Source of the DNA: Octopus sinensis
Lineage: Eukaryota
Length of the DNA stretch: 64,000 bases
Direction of reading: 5' to 3'
Assembly: GCF_006345805.1 (NCBI RefSeq)
Contig: NC_043024.1
Span: 15,810,001-15,874,000, forward strand
Part shown: positions 40,137-55,186 of the stretch, piece by piece
Numbering within the stretch: the stretch's first letter is position 1
Layout of the letters: the number at the start of each line of letters is the position of its first letter
The notes under the pieces: model-generated
Databases searched by the model: none
The model's input: the letters and a program-made list of their open reading frames with translations, nothing else
Told to the model about the DNA's origin: nothing
Translations under genes and position numbers: made by a program

Positions 40137-43100
40137 TTGTGTGTCTGTGTCTGTCCCCCCAACATTGCTTGACAACCAATGCTGGTGTGTTTACATCCCT
40201 GTAACTTAGTGGTTCGGCAAAAGAGACCGATAGAATAAGTACTAGGCTTACAAAGAATAAGTCCTGGGGTCAATTTGCTTGACTAAAGGCGGTGCTCTAG
40301 CATGGCCACAGTCAAATGACTGAAACAAGTAAAAGAGAGTAAAAGAGTATGTTAGATATTAGGATCTAATATGATAAATGAAATTTCTCCTCTTCCTCAT
40401 AGCACAGTAATTTATGCCATTTTGCAGACAATTTCCACTTGCTACTGGATAATGCTGACCGTTCCTGGTTTCCTCAGATTCCACTGTCACACTATTTTAG
40501 CTCCAAATCCTTCTAACACCTACAGAATCAACCCCCTCATTTAACATCCACTTTTCAATACATGCATGGGTCAGACAGAATTTACAAGGCAGGTTTTCTA
40601 CAGCTGGATGCCCTGCCTATCGCTAACCTTCACCTGTTTCCAAGTAGGAAATATGACCCCCAAGACCAGACATGATTTCACAGGATGTTGGAAAATGAAC
40701 AACACTGCTTGTATGACAGGGACAATGCAAACGTACATGTTCAGCAGAATACCAATATTCTGAAAGAGAAGTTAGGCATAAGAGGAATTGGTTACTGTGT
40801 GCAAGAGAGGAAACTGTGCTGGTTTGGTCATGTGATGCAGATGGATGCTGACAGCTCCATAAAAAAAAGTGCCGATCTCTCAAGGTAGATGGAACACATG
40901 GAGGTGGGAGACCCAGGAAGACATGATGACAAAAGACTGAGATACCTAGCACCTGGCCATACTCAAGAAGACCTGTACCCCACAGCAGAAGTGTTAAGAC
41001 CAATTCTTCTGGTGGTGTAAAGCACTTGTGGCGGTGCCACAAACATGCCCATGCAGTGTCACATAAAAGCGCCCATGTGGTGCCACATAAAAGCACCCAT
41101 GTGGTGCCATGTAAAAGCACCCAGTACACTCTGTAAAGTGGTTGATATTAGGTAGGGTATCCAGCTGTAGAAACCATGCTAAATCAGACTGGAGTCTCCC
41201 CACCCCAGCTTACCACAGCTCTGGTCACACCATGGCAGTATAGACAACAGACGTTAAATGATGATAATGATGATGGTGTACAATATCAGGACAAGAAGAC
41301 ACAAACATTCATCCAGCTACACACATATATGCCACTCTATACATATATACATATGAAGGTGGTGAGTTGGCAGAATGGTTAGCACGCTGGGCGGAAAACT
41401 TTGCAGTATTTCGTCTGTCACTATGTTCTGAGTTCAAATTCCACTGAGGTCAACTTTGCCTTTCATCCTTTCAGGGTCAATAAATTAAGTACCAGTGAAA
41501 TACTGAGGTTCATGTAACTGACTAGTCCCCTCCCTCAAAATTTCGGGCCTTGTGTCTAAAGTATAAAAGTATCTATATGTGACCAGCTTCTTTCAGTTTC
41601 TGTCTTGCAAATCCATTCAGAAAGCTTTGGTCAGCACAGGGCCTTAGTATATTTATTTCTTTATTGCCCACGGGTGACAGGGGCTAAACATAGAGGGGGC
41701 AAGCAAGGATAAAGGGATTAAGTCGATTACATCGACCCCAGTGCATAACTGGTACTTATTTAATCCTGAAAGGACGAAAGACAAAGTTGACTTGGCAGAA
41801 TTTGAACTCAACGTAATAGCAGATGAAATACTGCTAAGCATTTCACCCAGCATACTAACGATTCTGTCATCAGGGCCTCAGTACATTAGAGAGCACTAAC
41901 CCAAAGGGCTGTGTAATGGAACTGAACTGAAGACCACATGATTGAGAAGCAAGCTTCTAAAGTATGTGAATGCCGGTATGCATGGGTGATTGCTAGTCTT
42001 CCATAAACAACCTTGCCCAGACTTGTGCAACTTTCTAGATGCAATCCCATGGTCTATATCGTGACCGAAGGGGGTCTCAGAATATATATATATAAACTGA
42101 AATATAACTGAAAACTGAAATAAATCACATATGTGAATAGATAACCATGTTATCTATTCATGTTATAACCATGTTATCTATTCGTGAATAGATAACCATG
42201 TGCAACTATTTTCCTAATGAACTAAACTCTCTTTGTGTCTCAGTTTCTTTTCAAAGTAATCCAAATTGTGGAAGGATTCAATAAGAAAATTAAATCTCGT
42301 TAATAAGAATGTTTGGAATACACCAAGACAAAAGTTTCTTACATCAAATATTGTTTAACCTTTTAGCATTTAAACGGGCCATATCCAGCTCTGTTATTCT
42401 GTTTTATGTTCAGACCAGCCAGATTTGGCCTTTCACATCTACCCTACAATGTCATTCTAAAAACAATCAATTACATCATTGAAATCTCGAAGCTATGAGA
42501 TAATGCAGGATTGATTCCAAACAATGAATGATAATTACATTTGATAGATTAATATGAACACTGAAAAGTTAAAAATCCAGCCAACAGTCAGAAATTTAGA
42601 GCAGTAGCCATTGATGTATTTGATGGCAGAGAGGAGGAATTAGAGAGTAATAGCATAGAAGACAACTGGAAGTTCCTATTGGACAATATACTGCAGGCTA
42701 CAGAACTGGTCTGTGGCTGGTGCAAGGTTCCATCCAGATTGAATGAGATGCAATCACGGAACAGTAGGCAGAAAGAGAGCCATAAATGCAAGAGAGACAG
42801 TCATGGAAAGACTGAAAGAAAAGAGACAGAAGACAATTCTCAAAGCTATGAGACAATGGCAGATTAATTCCAAACAATGGGAATAAATAAGGATTACATT
42901 TGACAGGGTAATCTGATCGCCAAAGGGTTAAACAAAACACTTTAAAAGGAGAAGTTTTGCACGATTGAACCAAGGACAGTTTCAGGTGGAGGTTGGTGTT
43001 AAAATAAGATTAAACAGAAAGTCCAATCTCCACAGTTAACATTCAATACTTTAATATTCCAAAGGCAGAAAGCTGGAAGAACTGTTAGCTCAGCAGACAA

Positions 43101-43503
43101 AATACTCGGCAGCTTTTCCCTCCAGCTCTTTACATTCAGAGTCAAAATTCTGCCAAGGCCAACTTCGTCTTTCATTGTTTTGGCACCGATAAAATAAGTA
43201 CAAGGCAAGCCCTGGGTGTGTATGTGTGTGTGGGGAGGGAGGGGGTCTAATTGACTTCTTCCTCTTCTCATAATTTCTAGCCTTGTACCAAAATTAGAAA
43301 GGAATATATTAAATGTTTTATACTTTCTCCATCCAGAAACGTGAATGAAAACATAGTGCATAGAAGAAAAGAAAGGATTGCTATCAATGTACCAAGTAAG
43401 TGTACTAATCAACTATCACAACATGATGTCAAGATCAAGTGACACAAAGGTGTACACACAAATTTGCATACATATGTGACTTATTTCAGTTTTCAGTTAT
43501 ATT

Positions 43504-43542
<39 letters not shown>

Positions 43543-45039
43543 TATATATATTCTGAGACCCCCTTCAGTCACAACATAGACCATGGAATTGCACCTAGAA
43601 AGTTACCCTCCCAGACACAAGTCCAGGCAAGTTTGTTTATGGAAGACCAGCAGTCGCCCATGTATGCCAGCCTCCCCTCTCCACACCACTGATGTTATCC
43701 AAAGGAAAGGCAAAGGGGCCGATATAGCTTGGAACCTGTAACATTGCAACACATTTCTACAGCTGAGTGAACTGGAGCAACATGAAATAAAGTGTCTTGC
43801 TCAAGAACACAACACACAGCCTGATCTGGGATTTGAGCTCACAACCTCACGATCGTAAGTTCGACGCTCTAACCACTGAGCCATGCACCAAGAATGTGCT
43901 TCTTCCAGTTTCCATCTACCAGGTCCACTCATAAGTCTTTGGTCAGTCCAAGGCAATAATAGAAGAGACTTGTCCAAGGTGCCATGCAATGGGACTGATC
44001 CCAAAACCATGTAGTTAGAATGAAAACTTCTTACCACACAGCCACGCCTATGTCCATAGGGAAATTACTATACATATATACATAAATGTGTAATGGTGTC
44101 TGTCCGTGTGTGTGTTTGGAGTTATTCTAACTCCTCCCACACCGTCCAACCGATTTTAATGATTTTTGGCACATAGATAGTTCACATACCTGGAAGTTCA
44201 AATAAGGCCAGAATTGTTTTGAAAATTCGATAATGCTCTGTTCACATCGATTTTCGTGAGCGCAATCGGGCGTTTGAATGGAAATTCCCATAACGATGTT
44301 ATTTTTCCTGCAGCTTTTGCATTTTTTCATGTGTAAAATTTCAACAAAATTGATAGAATAGTTTCAAAGGAAATGCTTATTCAATGCATCGTCAGAAAAC
44401 ATGAGCAAAGCCGGGTCCCAACAGCTAGTATGTGTGTGTGTGTGTATGTATGTATATATATAATAAAACAATACTGGGAGGAAAGAAACGGAACGAAGTG
44501 AAAATTCGAACGAACCCGACGCGAAGCGCTGTCAGACAATAGTGTAATAAATAAAATATATGCATACATACAAACATATATGTACGTACCGACATCTACA
44601 TGTATATATACATGCATATATAAATATATATACGTACAGGACACCACAAAAAGACGTAAAACTTAACAGAAACGAAAACGGAAAAGCCATTTTGTTACAA
44701 CAGAAAGACAGAGACGTGGAACAGGACGAGAATGAAAACGGGAAAAACATTATTTACAACAGAAAAACAAGGTACAGGACATGCTACACAAGGAAAAATC
44801 CCCTTCATGTCCTGTACCTTGTTTTTCTGTTGTAAATAATGTTTTTCCCGTTTTCGTTCTCGTCCTGTTCCACGTCTCTGTCTTTCTGTTGTAACAAAAT
44901 GGCTTTTCCGTTTTCGTTTCTGTTGAGTTTTACGTCTTTTTGTGGTGTCCTGTACGTATATATATTTATATATGCATGTATATATACATGTAGATGTCGG
45001 TACGTACATATATATTTGTATGTATGCATATATTTTATT

Positions 45040-45085
<46 letters not shown>

Positions 45086-45096
45086 CATATATATAT

Positions 45097-45151
<55 letters not shown>

Positions 45152-45988
45152 GTGTTATTCAATATGTGAAACATTGAATAGAAGTTGCAACCATCCTGTA
45201 AAGTATAATGATGTAATTACTCTTTGTATTGAGATCTTTCTTGTTGTCTCATTTTGATTCAATTCCACACGCACACAGGTCAGGGCTGGCAATAAGGAGA
45301 GAATCCAGCCATGGAAAATCTGCACTAACCAATTGACCTTAAAACACTGACTGTCTATCCTGTCTTTGAGCCAATGGGAAAGTTTCTCTGTGGTTGCACA
45401 ACTTGCTAAAAATAACGGTAAAGTAACCTCAATTATCAGAGGCACAAAGGCAAGAACACATAGATAGATAGGCGCTGGTATAGGTGTGGTAAAAAGGTTC
45501 AGTCCTGGGTTCAATCCCACTGTGTGGCACCTTTGGCAAATGTCTTCTACTGAAGCCTTGCACAGACCAAAGCCTTGTGAGTAGATTTGGTGGAGGGAAA
45601 CTGAGAGAAATATATATATATAATATGTATATATATAATGTGTATATATATATATATATATATACATAATACAAATATTAAATGAAATAGAGAAATACAA
45701 CTGACAGATTAACAATTTATTTACATTAAGATAAAATAACAAATTTATTAAAAAAACAAGCAACAATTATTATATATGTATATATATAAGGGTTGGACAA
45801 AATAATGGAAACACCTAGCTTCATAACATCATAATTTTTGAAATGTCTATAAAACCGTCAAAAGTTTGTTTATGTTTTTTGATTTATTATTAGTGTTGCT
45901 TAATATGGTTTGCTAAAATTGCTGTTTCTTTTCAGATATATATACATGTATGCATGCACACATGTATACACATATATACACTTGCATA

Positions 45989-46019
<31 letters not shown>

Positions 46020-46344
46020 AATACAAATATTAAATGAAATAGAGAAATACAACTGACAGATTAACAATTTATTTACATTAAGATAAAATAACAAATTTAT
46101 TAAAAAAACAAAGCAACAATTATTATATATGTATATATATAAGGGTTGGACAAAATAATGGAAACACCTAGCTTCATAACATCATAATTTTTGAAATGTC
46201 TATAAAACCGTCAAAAGTTTGTTTATGTTTTTTGATTTATTATTAGTGTTGCTTAATATGGTTTGCTAAAATTGCTGTTTCTTTTCAGATATATATACAT
46301 GTATGCATGCACACATGTATACACATATATACACTTGCATACAC

Positions 46345-46375
<31 letters not shown>

Positions 46376-49300
46376 CATCTGTTTTTGTCCTCCACCACCA
46401 CTTGACAACCAGTGTTGGTGTGTTTACATCCCTATAACATAGCGATTCTGCAAAAGAGAGAGAATATGTAGCAAGCTTAAAAGGAAAATAAGTATTGGTG
46501 TCGATTTATACAGCTAAAATTCGTCAAGGCAGTGCCCCAGCATGGCCACAGTCAAACGACTGAAACAAGTAAATGATATATATACTCTCTTTACTATCTT
46601 ACTTGTTTCAATCATTTGACTGCGGCCATGCTGGAGCACCGCCTTTAGTCAAAGAAATCGACCCAGGACTTATTCATTGTACGCCTAGTACTTATTCTAT
46701 CGGTCTCCTTTGCTGAACCGCTAAGTTAGGGGGACGTAACCACACCAGCATCGGTTGTCAAGTGATGTTGGGGGACAAACACAAACACACAAACATATGT
46801 ACACACATACATATATACATATATACGATAGGCTTCTTTCAGTTTCCATCTACCAAATCCACTGACAAGGCTTTGATTAGCCTGAGGCTATAGTAGAAGA
46901 CACTTACCCAACGTGCCACATTGGGATTGAACCCAGAACCATGTAAGTGGGAGCAAACTTCTTACCACACAGCCACACTTGTGTCTTTTGGTCAAATACA
47001 TTTCCCTCTTGTGAGAAAATCGCTAAAGGTTAGATCTGCTGAGTGTATCATTTGAGTCTAGTTTCTATGATTATCAAAGTGATTTTAAGAATTATTATTT
47101 GAACCTTATTTTGATGAACATATAAATTGATCGCCCCAAATATTCCTGTTTCAGTTTATAAAGATAAAAATACCATTATGCCATACGGAGAAGACATGTC
47201 CAAATATGGAGACAATAAAGAAATGAAGAAATATTTGAAACCAGGCCATATTTATATGGATTCCATGACATTCGCGGCTGGTTGTTGTTCCCTCCAAGTT
47301 ACATTTCAAGCTGCTGATATAAAAGAAGCTGCTTATCTTTATGATAATCTGGTACCTCTTACTCCAATTATGGTAGGTATTATTCTGTTCCTTTGTTAAG
47401 ATCTCCTTTCAAGTATTGGCACAACACTAGACTATTTAATACTTTACTCTTTACTCTCTCTCTTTTACTTGTTTCAGTCATCTGACTGTGGCCATGCTGG
47501 AGCACCGTCTTTAGTCGAGCAAATCAACCCCAGGACTTATTCTTTGTAAGCCTAGTACTTATTCTATTGGCCTCTTTTGCTGAACCGCTAAGCTACGGGG
47601 ACATAAAATCGGACAAAAAAATGCAAAAGCTGCAGGAAAACCAACACCGTTATGGGAATTTCCATTCAAACTCCTGCTTTAGCTCACAAAAATCGATGCC
47701 AACAGAGCATTATCGAGTTTTAGAAAAATTCCGACTTTATTTGAACTTCAGGGCATGTGATCTACCTATGTGCCCAAAATCATTGAAATCGGTTGGACTC
47801 TGTGGGAGGAGTTAGCGTAACCCCGAACACACACATGGACAGACACATGGACAGATTTATGTATATAGATTACTCTGAATTGTTTTAGTAGTGCAACCTG
47901 TTTGATGATGAGCCATGCCTTAAGTGGTTCACTTCTCCAAAAAGGTTGATCATATCTAGTATAGACTGTCAAGATATAATCCATTAACTATATATACCAT
48001 CAATATAGTGTATGCTGTCAATATGTACTCCATTTACATACAATGTCAATACAGTCTAGACTGTCAATATTTTCTCCATTAATTTATACCGTCAATATAA
48101 TTTAGGCTATCAGCGTGTACTCCATTTACATATACTGTCAATATTGTCTAGACTATCAATGTGTACTCCATTTACATATACCGTCAATATTGTCTAGACT
48201 ATCAATGTGTACTCCATTTACATATACCGTCAATATTGTCTAGACTGTCAATGTGTACTCCATTAACACACTGTCAATTGAGTTTCATCCTTGAATGTGT
48301 ACTCTATTAACATATTGTCAATATTGTTTAAACCACCAGCATGTACTTCATTAAAATATACCATCAATATAGTTTAGACTCAATATGTACTCCATTAACA
48401 TACCGTCAATATTGTCAAGCTGTACTACATTAAACTTTTTAGCATAATACCATCTATTGTGTGTATGTGTGTGTGTGTGTGTGTGTGTGTTTGTCTTTGT
48501 ATATGTGTTAAATGCTGTATGTCACAAAGATTGAGATAACCATACAAGAGCATCTTGGAAAGAGAGAACGCTAAAAGAGAGAGAGGTGAGATGAGAGAAT
48601 GAAAGGAAGAAAGAGTGGGAGAGAGAAAGGAGATGAAGGAGAAACATTGACTTGAAAACCATAAACTACAAGAGACAGTGAGATGTGCAGCAATCATATA
48701 AGAAAACTGCTTACGAATACAACTAAAGACCACCACTTTGAAAACAAGACAAAGATTCAAAACAATTGTATTCTTGTCTAATTTTAATCAATATTTTTGT
48801 GAAAAATGCTCATAATTTAGAATTGAGTAATTCGATCTCTAATTGTATCCATTTATATTTTTTCCAGTTAGCACTGACCGCTGCAGCTCCCATTCATCGT
48901 GGATATTTATCTGGTACTGACTGTCGTTGGAGTTCCCTTTTTCAAGCTTGTGATGACCGTACCAAACAAGAACAGGGTCTAGAAGTGCGTTTTAATATAT
49001 TTACTGTATTTTGGTCTAGACTACACACTGATCACATGCCACTTGTAGGTCCTCTCTCTCTGCTTCCCTCTCTCTATCTTTAAAACTTTATAACTTCCTG
49101 ACGTTGAAATGTTCAAAAGTTTGAGATTCTTTGAAAATTCTGAGAAATTGATATTTTTTTATGCATTATTCCAAAATTTTTTCGATGGTTTTTTGTAGTT
49201 TGCGTAGTCTATTAAAATCTCACCCCTTCACTTCATTTTCCCAGTTTTTACTTTTTCACCTTTGCTTGTTGTGTTCATAAGTAATTTTGACTTCTCTTAA

Positions 49301-52300
49301 CTTTTATCTTAAGTTTCCCTGATTTAGCCTGATAACAATATTTCACCTTCCTTAGTATTACTCTGTTGTTTTTCTTTACTAGATATTGAGATGTATTGAA
49401 ATGTGGTTGGAGATGCTTGAAGTGCGTGTTTAACACTTTTACTTTGAAAATCAGATATATTCATCCAAAATTTCATTATCTTTAACTGTGGAAAGCAGTT
49501 TTATACACCAATCTATCTTTTGTTGAGGAATGTCATTTGAAAGTATTCTTAGTTGAGATATGTTTAATTTATTGTTCTTGAAATAACTTGCAAAAAAATA
49601 CCAATTCTTTGTTTGGTACACATTTAACATCATTATTGGAATAACCATGAATATTTCACAGTTAAATATGTATTTTCACTGTTACAAATCATCATAATAA
49701 TCTTTTCTGAAGAGATGTTAATTCATATTCTAATATGAGACCATCTTTATTACAGATGGTCTCGGGTAAGTTGAAATTAAATGAGTTTCATTAAAGAATG
49801 TTATCTACTTTTATTTTCTCTTCTTCCTTTTAGCCTTTGACAAATGGTAATGTTTTGGTGGCAACAACTCGTTACGATACAGTATGCAGTTACCTTTCTG
49901 TGAGCAACAAGTTTTATAATGACTATAATTGCAGTTATGACCATGAGCAGTATGAATTATTGAAGGCTGAAGGTATTTAGAAATTTAGAAAAGAAGTTTT
50001 TGATTTATTTTGTATAAAAATATTTTGACAGAATTATCTTTTTTCCCTTACAACTTTGCTACTGTGTTGTAAATATTTAATGGTGCAGAGGTTGGTTCTC
50101 ATCCAGGGTCCATGCAACTGTTAGGGGTGCGTATAAAATTCTGTTTTTAAAGTTTATGCGCAGCAAGTTGGATATATTGATGTTGTGTCCAAGGGAAAAG
50201 TAAAGGGGCTGATACAGTTTGGCACCTGTGATGTCACAACTCATTTCTACAGCTGAGTGAACTGGAGCAACGTGAAATAAAGCGTCTTGCTCAAGAACAC
50301 AACACACAACCTGTTCTGGGAATTGAACTCACTACCTCATGATTGTGAGTCTGATGTTCTAACCATGCACCTTCACATGTCAAGCAACTGACAAGCAAAT
50401 CTGTGGTATTGAGCAGAATATTTGCTATAACGATATTTCTGCTTCAGCAACTCAGCAATGAATCTTTCTGAAATGTAATGGAAAATAGGTCAGTTTTAAA
50501 ATATTGATGTCCAGGTCAGAAAAGCAAAGCTTGAAGGGGATAGTAGTCATTTCCTTTGATTTCTAGATTGAAGCAAATAGGAAATAACACTTATTGACCA
50601 CAGACAAAGAAAAAAAAAGAGATAAGAATTTTGTTACACAGTGCAATATTATCATTGGAATATGTAGTAAACAAAGAAAGTAGGTGATGTGAGAAATGAA
50701 AGAAAATTTCATATTTCTACACGGTTACAGCTGTTTCATAATTTACTTCAGGTTACATCATTAACTTTGATATATAAGTGCATACCTAGTCTATACAATG
50801 TACATACACATATAAATGCATGTATACACACACATCAGACATTATGCAATACAACTGTATAATCATATAAAGATGTACAAGAGAGAAATCTAATTTTTAC
50901 ACCATATACTTGGCATTTCAAATTTGTGTGTGTGTGTACATTATATATATATATATATTCAGATTTTTCTGTATGCTAGACCACTGGTTTTAAATTGATA
51001 TTAATCAAATTAATATTCAATTTTTCACCCTTATTATTTTATATGTATATATATATATATATATGTATGTATATATATATATATACATATATATTTATTA
51101 TATAGAAGGAGCTTCTACAGGACTAGAACTGTTTCATTCAAGAGAAATCTTCAGGAAGCTAGTTAACAAGAATTGTATTGGCATTTATACATTTAGGCAG
51201 GTTTAAAGGGGTGTTGGTGGGGGACTTTTTGGGGGTAGGCATAGCGCAAAAAATCATACTTGGGGGAGTGGTCAAGGAGTCAGTGTTAAATTAGATAGGA
51301 GAATAAATAAAAAATAAAAAATAAAAAATAAAAAATAAAAAATAAAAAATAAAAAATATAAAATATAAAAATAAAAAATAAAAAATAAAAAATAGAAAAT
51401 AAAAAAATAGAAAAAAATAAAAAAATAAAAAAATAATAAAATAAAAATAAAAAAATAAAAAAATATACATATATATATATAATTTCAACAATTGAGGGTA
51501 AAATTAATTAATTAATTAATCAATTTCACCAAGTATTCAGTATGCAAAGGGACCATTTAAGGCAAATTCAAATTATTACATTATATAAAAGGGCTTAGTA
51601 AAATAAATTACTTTGCCGCATACTGAACTCGTTAGAAATAGCAGCTAAAAAAACTATTTCTAACACTTAAAGAAAACCTCTCTCATATAGTGTTTGCTCA
51701 ATTCAACTCAAGAAAGTATGAGGGTAGAGACATTAAAAAATCAAATGCAAAGGTTATTTGAGTACGTACGTTTCAAGATTAGCCAAAATCGACCCTTCTC
51801 TCATCAGCTCAGAATGCCCTTGTTTGAATTTGAAAACACTGAAAATGGGAGCATACCCTTTCGGCTTGTTATCGCTTCTGAAGATCTGTTCCAAACTAAC
51901 AGTGCCAACAAACTCAAATATGCAAGAGAAAAATTTCTGCTCTCCCCTTTCCACCAGCGTGGGTTAAAATCAGCAAACACTATGCTTTTTTCGGTAAAAT
52001 CCGAGACAATTAAGTAGAGAGAGATGAATTATAATTTCAACAATTGAGGGTAAAATTAATTAATTAATTAATCAATTTCACCAAGTATTCAGTATGCAAA
52101 GGGACCATTTAAGGCAAATTCAAATTATTACATTATATAAAAGGGCTTAGTAAAATAAATTACTTTGCCGCATACTGAACTCGTTAGAAATAGCAGCTAA
52201 AAAAACTATTTCTAACACTTAAAGAAAACCTCTCTCATATAGTGTTTGCTCAATTCAACTCAAGAAAGTATGAGGGTAGAGACATTAAAAAATCAAATGC

Positions 52301-54568
52301 AAAGGTTATTTGAGTACGTACGTTTCAAGATTAGCCAAAATCGACCCTTCTCTCATCAGCTCAGAATGCCCTTGTTTGAATTTGAAAACACTGAAAATGG
52401 GAGCATACCCTTTCGGCTTGTTATCGCTTCTGAAGATCTGTTCCAAACTAACAGTGCCAACAAACTCAAATATGCAAGAGAAAAATTTCTGCTCTCCCCT
52501 TCCACCAGCGTGGGTTAAAATCAGCAAACACTATGCTTTTTTCGGTAAAATCCGAGACAATTAAGTAGAGAGAGATGAATTATAATTTCAACAATTGAGG
52601 GTAAAATTAATTAATTAATTAATCAATTTCACCAAGTATCAGTATGCAAAGGGACCATTTAAGGCAAATTCAAATTATTACATTATATAAAAGGGCTTAG
52701 TAAAATAAATTACTTTGCCGCATACTGAACTCGTTAGAAATAGCAGCTAAAAAAACTATTTCTAACACTTAAGAAAACCTCTCTCATATAGTGTTTGCTC
52801 AATTCAACTCAAGAAAGTATGAGGGTAGAGACATTAAAAAATCAAATGCAAAGGTTATTTGAGTACGTACGTTTCAAGATTAGCCAAAATCGACCCTTCT
52901 CTCATCAGCTCAGAATGCCCTTGTTTGAATTTGAAAACACTGAAAATGGGAGCATACCTTTCGGCTTGTTATCGCTTCTGAAGATCTGTTCCAAACTAAC
53001 AGTGCCAACAAACTCAAATATGCAAGAGAAAAATTTCTGCTCTCCCCTTTCCACCAGCGTGGGTTAAAATCAGCAAACACTATGCTTTTTTCGGTAAAAT
53101 CCGAGACAATTAAGTAGAGAGAGATGAATTATAATTTCAACAATTGAGGGTAAAATTAATTAATTAATTAATCAATTTCACCAAGTATTCAGTATGCAAA
53201 GGGACCATTTAGGCAAATTCAAATTATTACATTATATAAAAGGGCTTAGTAAAATAAATTACTTTGCCGCATACTGAACTCGTTAGAAATAGCAGCTAAA
53301 AAAACTATTTCTAACACTTAAAGAAAACCTCTCTCATATAGTGTTTGCTCAATTCAACTCAAGAAAGTATGAGGGTAGAGACATTAAAAAATCAAATGCA
53401 AAGGTTATTTGAGTACGTACGTTTCAAGATTAGCCAAAATCGACCCTTCTCTCATCAGCTCAGAATGCCCTTGTTTGAATTTGAAAACACTGAAAATGGG
53501 AGCATACCCTTTCGGCTTGTTATCGCTTCTGAAGATCTGTTCCAAACTAACAGTGCCAACAAACTCAAATATGCAAGAGAAAAATTTCTGCTCTCCCCTT
53601 TCCACCAGCGTGGGTTAAAATCAGCAAACACTATGCTTTTTTCGGTAAAATCCGAGACAATTAAGTAGAGAGAGATGAATTATAATATATGAATTATATA
53701 TATATATATAAAGGGGGGAATAGAGTTTTAGGTAAATAAGGAGATTCTCACTTATACCTCTACACATACACACATATATATACAATCACACATACATATA
53801 CATATCTACACATACACATATATATGTGTATACATACACACACTCACTTGCATACACGTATACACACATGTATATATACACACACGACCACACATACATA
53901 TACACACAGAAAAATATATATATACACATACACACACATCTACTCACATACACGCATACACACACAAATCCATACACACACATGCACACACAGCACACTA
54001 GTCCCTATATACACATATATACACATACACACATATATATACACCCACACATACACATACATACACATATATATATACATACATACACATACATATACAC
54101 ATATATATACATACACATATATATATATATACACATATATATACATATGTGTACCCATGCATACCTACACATACACACATATATATATATATACATATAC
54201 AAATACAGACCCATTCCCTAATTTTAATTTTATTATCGTCGTTTATTACTTTTGTTATCTTTGGCCGCTTGGTCACAAACATCTTGGCTATGACAGCCAG
54301 ACCATTTATCCGTCTACTGGAAAACAATTACTCATTCACTCACGCACACTCTTTAGCACGTACACTCACTCATTCGTACACTCATACGCATACACGCACG
54401 CACGCGTTATATTCATACATACATACATCTACATACATTCACGTATATACACATACGTACGCGTACCTACAGATTCATGTCTACACTCTTAGAAGGCTAG
54501 TCTATACATATACACCAATAAATATAAATACACACACATACATGTACACCTACATACAAATACATACA

Positions 54569-54607
<39 letters not shown>

Positions 54608-54724
54608 GCGTACCTACAGATTCATGTCTACACTCTTAGAAGGCTAGTCTATACATATACACCCATAAATATAAATACACACACATACATACATGTACAC
54701 CTACATACAAATACATACATGTAC

Positions 54725-54771
<47 letters not shown>

Positions 54772-54979
54772 TATACATATATATATATTCATACTAACAT
54801 GCATACTCAAAAAATAAGTAAATAGTAAATATATATACGCGCAGTTATTCATACATGCATACTCAAAAAATAAATATTAAGTATATGTACGTGCAGTTAC
54901 CTATTATATAGACGGATACATACATATCATAAACTTACACACATATATATATATATGTATGAATATATATATATGTATA

Positions 54980-55032
<53 letters not shown>

Positions 55033-55149
55033 GTACATGTATGTATTTGTATGTAGGTGTACATGTATGTATGTGTGTGTATTTATATTTATGGGTGTAT
55101 ATGTATAGACTAGCCTTCTAAGAGTGTAGACATGAATCTGTAGGTACGC

Positions 55150-55186
<37 letters not shown>

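Larger units (their letters stand above)
51478..53686 (-). repeat. Tandem array of 4 near-identical ~552-bp units, each with a hammerhead (retrozyme/Penelope pLTR-like)
   Basis: Hammerhead-to-hammerhead spacing 552/549/550 bp; units differ only by single-base indels; flanked by (TA)n. Confidence 0.95.

Noticed and set aside
51694-52017. 107-aa ORF repeated in the 552-bp units
   Set aside because: TTG start, no recognisable domain, frameshifted in two units, and antisense to the hammerhead; treated as incidental
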